From: Candidatus Yonathbacteria bacterium RIFOXYD1_FULL_52_36
GTDB taxonomy: Bacteria > Patescibacteriota > Minisyncoccia > Phycocordibacterales > UBA1539_B
Length of the DNA: 32,370 nt
Assembly: GCA_001823605.1 (NCBI GenBank)
Contig: MHUZ01000012.1
Span: 1 to 32,370 of the forward strand
Direction of reading: 5' to 3'
Under the pieces are notes generated by a model. It was not told the DNA's origin. It was given only the letters and a program-made list of their open reading frames with translations, and ran no database searches. Below, piece after piece: positions 27,886 through 32,370 of the stretch (the first letter of the stretch is position 1; each line of letters opens with the position of its first letter). The position numbers and the translations under genes are program-made.

Positions 27886-29070
27886 TTACACGATCTTGAT
27901 CCGCAAGAATCGGCGCTTGCCGACCTTGAGCACTCCTTCATGTGCGGTTTCTTGCGGGTCTGAAACACTCTCCCCTTCCATCCAAGAAACGGCATTACCG
28001 GAAACAAGCGTTCGCCACTCGGTCTTGGACTGAATCAGTCCTGCTTGAAGAACCGCATCCACAAGGAGTGTCTCTTGGGGAACAGCCGTCTCGGGCATAT
28101 CCTCCGGAACACCTCCTTTTTGAAATGTCTCTACGAACGACCCTTCGGCGGTGTGCGCCGCATCTTCTCCGTGATAGAGCGTAACGATCGCGCGTGCGAG
28201 ACGCATCTTTGCCTCCTTTGGGTTAGCACCGGAAGAAAGCGCGCTGGTCACTTCGTCAACTTCAGTGAGCGGCACCCGCGTAGCGCGGATAAAATACGGA
28301 ATGATGAGTTCGTCGCGGAGGCTCATCACTTTGCCGTACATATCAGCAGGTTCATCATCAAGATTGATCGTATTCCCCCAACTTGAGCTCATTTTGCGCC
28401 CATCAAGCCCCTCGAGGAGGTCGAGCATAATAATATCCTGCGGCTGTTGGCCGTAGTGCTCCTGGAGCGTCCGCCCTGCGAGCAAATTGAAGCGCTGGTC
28501 AGTTCCTCCGATCTCCACGTCAGCGCGCACTTGGACGCTGTCATACCCCTGCATGAGCGGGTAGAGCAGTTCACGGAGCGACACCCGTGTGCCCTTGGCA
28601 AGACGGCGCGCAATATTGTCCCGCGCAATGAAGTCCGATACAGAAAATTCATTTGCCTGAGCACATAGTTCGGTATATGAAACCTTGCTGAGCCATGAGC
28701 TGTTGTAGTGGATCTCTGCTTTTTCAATATCAATGAGTTTCCCCGCTTGACGCACGTAAGTTTCAAGGTTATGCTCGACCTCCTCTGAAGAAAGCATCGG
28801 GCGCTCGGCATCTTTATCCGAAGTATCGCCGATCACGGCGGTAAAATCCCCTACAATGAACACGATCTGGTGGCCAAGTGCCTCTAGGTCACGCAATTTA
28901 AGAAGTGCAGCTGCGCGCCCAATGTGAATAAACGGGCTGGTGGGATCGATCCCGTACTTGATCCGGAGTTTTTTACCGGAAGCGAGCTTTTCTTCGAGTG
29001 ATTCTTTGCGGATCGCCTCAGCAACCCCGCGGGTAAGAATATCTTCACTACTCTGCTTCAGCATACTCAT
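27886..29070 (-). CDS. tyrS: Tyrosyl-tRNA synthetase
   Basis: HIGH-region PFIHIGR, GDFTAVIGDTSD, LLYPLMQGYDS, GGTDQRFNLLAGR, KMSKS-like KMSSS, C-terminal S4-like domain. The track start at 29091 is a GTG; I prefer ATG at 29070 (or 29064). Confidence 0.88.
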   Translation of the reverse strand: MSMLKQSSEDILTRGVAEAIRKESLEEKLASGKKLRIKYGIDPTSPFIHIGRAAALLKLRDLEALGHQIVFIVGDFTAVIGDTSDKDAERPMLSSEEVEHNLETYVRQAGKLIDIEKAEIHYNSSWLSKVSYTELCAQANEFSVSDFIARDNIARRLAKGTRVSLRELLYPLMQGYDSVQVRADVEIGGTDQRFNLLAGRTLQEHYGQQPQDIIMLDLLEGLDGRKMSSSWGNTINLDDEPADMYGKVMSLRDELIIPYFIRATRVPLTEVDEVTSALSSGANPKEAKMRLARAIVTLYHGEDAAHTAEGSFVETFQKGGVPEDMPETAVPQETLLVDAVLQAGLIQSKTEWRTLVSGNAVSWMEGESVSDPQETAHEGVLKVGKRRFLRIKIV

Positions 29071-29131
29071 AATACTGTTACTGTACCACACGGTATGTGT
29101 TTTGTCGTGGTATGATGGGCCCTATACACTT

Positions 29132-31309
29132 ATGAATACACGAAATCGTTTTATGAAGCGTCTTTCTCGTTTTTTACGCCTTAAAGGGGCGCATCGCCGG
29201 AGCATGCTTCGGTCGGTCTTACTTTTTGGCATGGCAGGAATCTTCCTTTTCCTAGGAATGTTGATCGTGCTCGCAAGTACAGTGCGTATTCCTGACTTTT
29301 CGACCTTTAATGAGCGCAAAATGGCCGAATCCACCAAGATCTATGACACCACCGGCAAGATCCTCCTGTATGATGTCCATGAAAACATCCGCCGAACCTA
29401 CGTCCCCCTCTCGGAAATATCCCTCTCGGTGCGCAACGCGATCCTCGCGATCGAAGACGATCAATTTTACTCACACGAAGGCGTACGCCCCACCTCGATC
29501 ATCCGAGCATTCATTGCCAACCTCACCGGTGGTGGCTATCGCCAGGGAGGGTCAACAATCACTCAGCAAGTGGTGAAGAATACCCTCCTTACTCCTGAAA
29601 AAACCATATCTCGCAAAGTAAAAGAATTGATCCTTGCAGTAAAGATCGAGCGCTCACTCACGAAAGATGAGATCTTGTCTCTCTATTTGAACGAAACCCC
29701 ATGGGGCGGAAATTTGTACGGCGTTGAAGAGGCCAGTATTTCATTCTTTGGAAAGAGCGCTAACGAACTCTCCCTTGCTGAGAGCGCCTACCTTGCGGCA
29801 ATTCCCAAGGCACCCACCTACTACTCGCCTCACGGGAACCACCGCGTGGAACTCGATGCACGCAAAAACCTGGTGCTTCGCCGCATGCTTGAGGTTGGAT
29901 TCATTACACAAGCAGAGCATGACACAGCAAAAACCGAAGTGGTAACATTTTTGGTGCGAGAAAAATATGGGATCAAAGCACCGCACTTCGTTATTTGGGT
30001 AAAGGAGTACTTGGCGGAAAAGTATGGAGAGGAGGCGGTCGAAGAAGGGGGGCTCAAGGTCATTACGTCACTTAATTACGAGATCCAGTCGCTTGCCGAA
30101 GAAACCATTGCGGAGTACGCCGCAACGAACGAGACGAACTTCAATGCAAAAAATGCCGGCATGATCGCCATCGACCCAAACAACGGCCACATTCTCGCCA
30201 TGGTCGGGTCGCGAGACTACTTTGACATGGAGAACGAGGGAAACTTCAACATCACCCTCGCCCGCCGTCAGCCTGGATCCGCATTCAAGCCATTCGTGTA
30301 CGCAACAGGATTCACAAAAGGTTATGGTCCCGAGACGATTCTCTTCGACCTCCCCACGCAATTCGATACCGGTTGCGGATTCACGGGCGGTGGCTGTTAT
30401 ACACCGGAAAACTACGACGGAGAGTACCGCGGTCCTATGTCGCTCAGGAACGCTCTTGCACAGTCGATCAACGTTCCTGCGGTAAAGATGCTCTACCTTT
30501 CAGGCATTACGGATTCTCTTGAGACAGCGCGCAGAATGGGTATTACCACCTTGACCGACAAATCCCGCTACGGCCTCACCCTGGTGCTCGGCGGTGGCGA
30601 AGTCTCCCTTCTTGAACTCACGAGTGCGTATGGCGTATTCGCCAACGAGGGCGTGCGCAATCCGTATGTTTCTATTCTTCGTGTTGAAGATCGTGAGGGC
30701 AAGGTCCTCGAGGAGTTTGCTCCCCACGCGGAAGAAGTGCTCGATCAAAACGCTGCACTCCTTATTTCTGACATCCTTTCAGACAACGTTGCGCGCACCC
30801 CGCTCTACGGAGAGCGCTCGTCACTCTACTTTGAAGGACGCGACGTGGCGGCAAAGACCGGTACCACCAACGACTACCGCGACACCTGGATCGTGGGGTA
30901 CACCCCCAATCTTGTTTTGGGTGCATGGGCAGGAAACAATGACAACTCCCCCATGGAAAAGAAGGTCGCGGGCTTGATCGTTGCCCCGATGTGGCGCGCG
31001 GTGATGGAAAAGGCAATAGAGAAATTCCCTATCGAGGACTTTACGCCACCGATCCACGGCGCCGATGAGCGCATGCCTGCCATGGCGCGCGGAATCCTGG
31101 TTGATCCGCAAAACCCTCAGGTACACTCGCTCCTCTATTGGCTTAAAAAAGACGATCCATTTACCCGTCCCCAAAATCCGTACGACGATCCGCAGTTCCC
31201 CCTCTGGGAGATCCCTGTTCAGAATTGGATTGCAAAAAACGGCCAACCCCAGCCAACCATTCCGCAGTTCATCTCACAACCGCCAATAGAACAGCCGGAC
31301 AATCAGTAG
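29132..31309 (+). CDS. ponA: Class A penicillin-binding protein (glycosyltransferase + transpeptidase)
   Basis: N-terminal TM anchor. GT51 motifs AIEDDQFYSHEGV, GGSTITQQVVKN, RKVKEL. Transpeptidase motifs SAFKPF (SxxK), SIN (SxN), KTGTT. Start moved to ATG 29132 (alternative 29153) because the track start at 28940 overlaps tyrS. Confidence 0.9.
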   Translation: MNTRNRFMKRLSRFLRLKGAHRRSMLRSVLLFGMAGIFLFLGMLIVLASTVRIPDFSTFNERKMAESTKIYDTTGKILLYDVHENIRRTYVPLSEISLSVRNAILAIEDDQFYSHEGVRPTSIIRAFIANLTGGGYRQGGSTITQQVVKNTLLTPEKTISRKVKELILAVKIERSLTKDEILSLYLNETPWGGNLYGVEEASISFFGKSANELSLAESAYLAAIPKAPTYYSPHGNHRVELDARKNLVLRRMLEVGFITQAEHDTAKTEVVTFLVREKYGIKAPHFVIWVKEYLAEKYGEEAVEEGGLKVITSLNYEIQSLAEETIAEYAATNETNFNAKNAGMIAIDPNNGHILAMVGSRDYFDMENEGNFNITLARRQPGSAFKPFVYATGFTKGYGPETILFDLPTQFDTGCGFTGGGCYTPENYDGEYRGPMSLRNALAQSINVPAVKMLYLSGITDSLETARRMGITTLTDKSRYGLTLVLGGGEVSLLELTSAYGVFANEGVRNPYVSILRVEDREGKVLEEFAPHAEEVLDQNAALLISDILSDNVARTPLYGERSSLYFEGRDVAAKTGTTNDYRDTWIVGYTPNLVLGAWAGNNDNSPMEKKVAGLIVAPMWRAVMEKAIEKFPIEDFTPPIHGADERMPAMARGILVDPQNPQVHSLLYWLKKDDPFTRPQNPYDDPQFPLWEIPVQNWIAKNGQPQPTIPQFISQPPIEQPDNQ

Positions 31310-31338
31310 ACAGAAGACGACCGGATTAGAAATTAAAG

Positions 31339-31371
31339 ACAGCGGAGCCTAAGGGCTCCGCTGTTTATTTG
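31339..31371 (+). terminator. PBP gene terminator
   Basis: acagcggagcc-taag-ggctccgctgt followed by ttatttgg. Confidence 0.7.
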
Positions 31372-31392
31372 GCTTGTGTTTAGGGGTAAAAG

Positions 31393-31425
31393 AATCCCCC
31401 GCGCGGCTACGCCGCGCGGGGGATT
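31393..31425 (-). terminator. GC-rich hairpin after the 31432-32247 gene
   Basis: aatcccccgcgcggc-tac-gccgcgcgggggatt: 15-bp stem. Confidence 0.6.
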
Positions 31426-31431
31426 TGGGTG

Positions 31432-32247
31432 CTACTTCTTTTCCTTGGGGAAAACCTCCTCCATGCCATTAAGGAACGCGGTGACATCCAGAGAAAGTCC
31501 CGGCGTAGACGGCACATCAACCCGGTATCCCTTGTCCTTCACGCGCATCTCGTTGAGCCGGGCGAGTGTCCCTTGTATCACCGCAACGCACTCACGACTG
31601 TGTTGCTGCGGCTTGTATCTCGTCCAGTGTTCATAGAGAGACAAGACAAACTCCTCCATCTTGCGCTGATCGATATCTCGAAGCCGCTTGTGGAGTGGCT
31701 CAGGGAGATCGAGCATGCGCAGGGCTACCACATAGAAGTCGGTAATGCGCAGGTCTTCAGGGCGTCCCAATAAATATTCCTCGATTGCCTGCTGGCCGAC
31801 AAAGATCATGAACGGGTAAACGTCGCCCCTCTTCTCCGAAAATAATCCGGGTAAGAGATCGGGTGGTATTGGTTGATCAAGTGGCGTACATCGCAACGAC
31901 CGCCGCACCGTGATCGAGTTTCGTTCCACGGAAAGTTCGTGGTCGGAGACAAATACGTTCGTCTGGACAACAAGCGTACCCGAGAGAACGGACCCCGGAT
32001 TTAGGTGAACCAAGAGATTCTCTCCGTTGGCTCCGGCGATACCGAGATAGTTCTCGTTGACGATCACATCCTCGTGCTCGCTGTGGTTCATTCCCGAAAA
32101 CCGGAGTTGGTTATCAACGAGGTGTGTCGAAAAAAGGATCAGTGTACCGGGAGCAATCCCCTGCACCTTGCTCGCAAGGTGCGCTTTCACTGCTTCGGGT
32201 GAAATGTGCTGGGAAGCGATCTGACGATACGAACGGTGCGGCATCAT
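31432..32247 (-). CDS. Hypothetical protein (no recognisable domain)
   Basis: 271-aa ORF. AGGAGG lies 6-7 nt before the ATG. No signal peptide or TM. N-terminal half looks beta-rich, C-terminal half helical. Confidence 0.7.
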   Translation of the reverse strand: MMPHRSYRQIASQHISPEAVKAHLASKVQGIAPGTLILFSTHLVDNQLRFSGMNHSEHEDVIVNENYLGIAGANGENLLVHLNPGSVLSGTLVVQTNVFVSDHELSVERNSITVRRSLRCTPLDQPIPPDLLPGLFSEKRGDVYPFMIFVGQQAIEEYLLGRPEDLRITDFYVVALRMLDLPEPLHKRLRDIDQRKMEEFVLSLYEHWTRYKPQQHSRECVAVIQGTLARLNEMRVKDKGYRVDVPSTPGLSLDVTAFLNGMEEVFPKEKK

Positions 32248-32342
32248 GGCAAACCTCCTGTGGGTTTGAATTTCAAAGAGAACGGGATGAGAACGTATTC
32301 TGCCGAGAGCATAGCCCAGATAGCGCTTCTTGGCAACAAAGA

Positions 32343-32370
32343 AATCCCCCCGCGCGACGTAGTCGCGCGG
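32343..32370. terminator. Partial GC-rich hairpin cut by the window edge
   Basis: aatccccccgcgcgac-gta-gtcgcgcgg... Same stem family as 31393-31425. Confidence 0.4.

Noticed and set aside
31393-32370. Two related GC-rich hairpins flanking the 271-aa gene as inverted repeats of a mobile cassette
   Set aside because: The same CCCCCGC...GCGGGGG stem style is used by ordinary terminators elsewhere (16523-16551, 25819-25838). No transposase or integrase is present, and the right copy is truncated by the window edge.
1-32370. CRISPR arrays, prophage or integrative elements, recognisable defence systems, rRNA, alternative genetic code
   Set aside because: There are no regularly spaced short direct repeats and no integrase, transposase or phage structural genes. 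No nuclease/ATPase/methylase defence-type operons are present. TGA and TAA/TAG all terminate conserved proteins at their expected ends.

Overview
Compact, gene-dense bacterial chromosome segment using the standard code (TGA acts as a stop, e.g. the yebC/ruvC ATGA overlap). The protein architectures suggest a small-genome uncultivated lineage such as Patescibacteria/CPR; this is inference only. They include a MurE-like ligase without the usual N-terminal domain, a 180-aa mini-YebC, a 240-aa HolA-like protein, many membrane-anchored hypotheticals, RWFEWG-type Fn3-repeat surface proteins and an orphan PilB. Housekeeping genes: rpsT, ruvA, ruvB, yebC-ruvC, polA, tsaE, holA-like, murE-like, tyrS, a class A PBP, a SpoU/TrmH methyltransferase, two tRNA-Arg and one tRNA-Lys. 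Accessory genes: a membrane-anchored copper nitrite reductase (NirK) with an unknown downstream partner, an exported thermonuclease, a rhodanese, an HD hydrolase, DedA-like and DoxX-like membrane proteins, and three Fn3-repeat surface proteins. My best candidate for an undescribed system lies at 19.1-22.4 kb. It is a tandem array of individually promoted genes for lipoproteins and secreted proteins with extreme Arg/Tyr/Asp/Gly tails that share private motifs, next to pilB. Other signals: (1) many core genes look leaderless (-10 box 5-8 nt before the ATG), whereas the surface-protein array uses TTGAC[AT]-17-TAnnn[TC] promoters, long 5' UTRs and strong SD sites; (2) all three tRNA genes are followed by inverted and/or direct copies of their own 3' ends; (3) two orphan promoter/terminator or nested-hairpin noncoding regions are sRNA candidates; (4) a 58-aa hyper-acidic ORF follows ruvC; (5) C-rich (G4-capable) elements are shared by the nirK and ruvB upstream regions. 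I found no rRNA, CRISPR array, transposase, integrase or recognisable defence gene. All family calls are by-eye motif recognition, and all hairpins were folded by hand.
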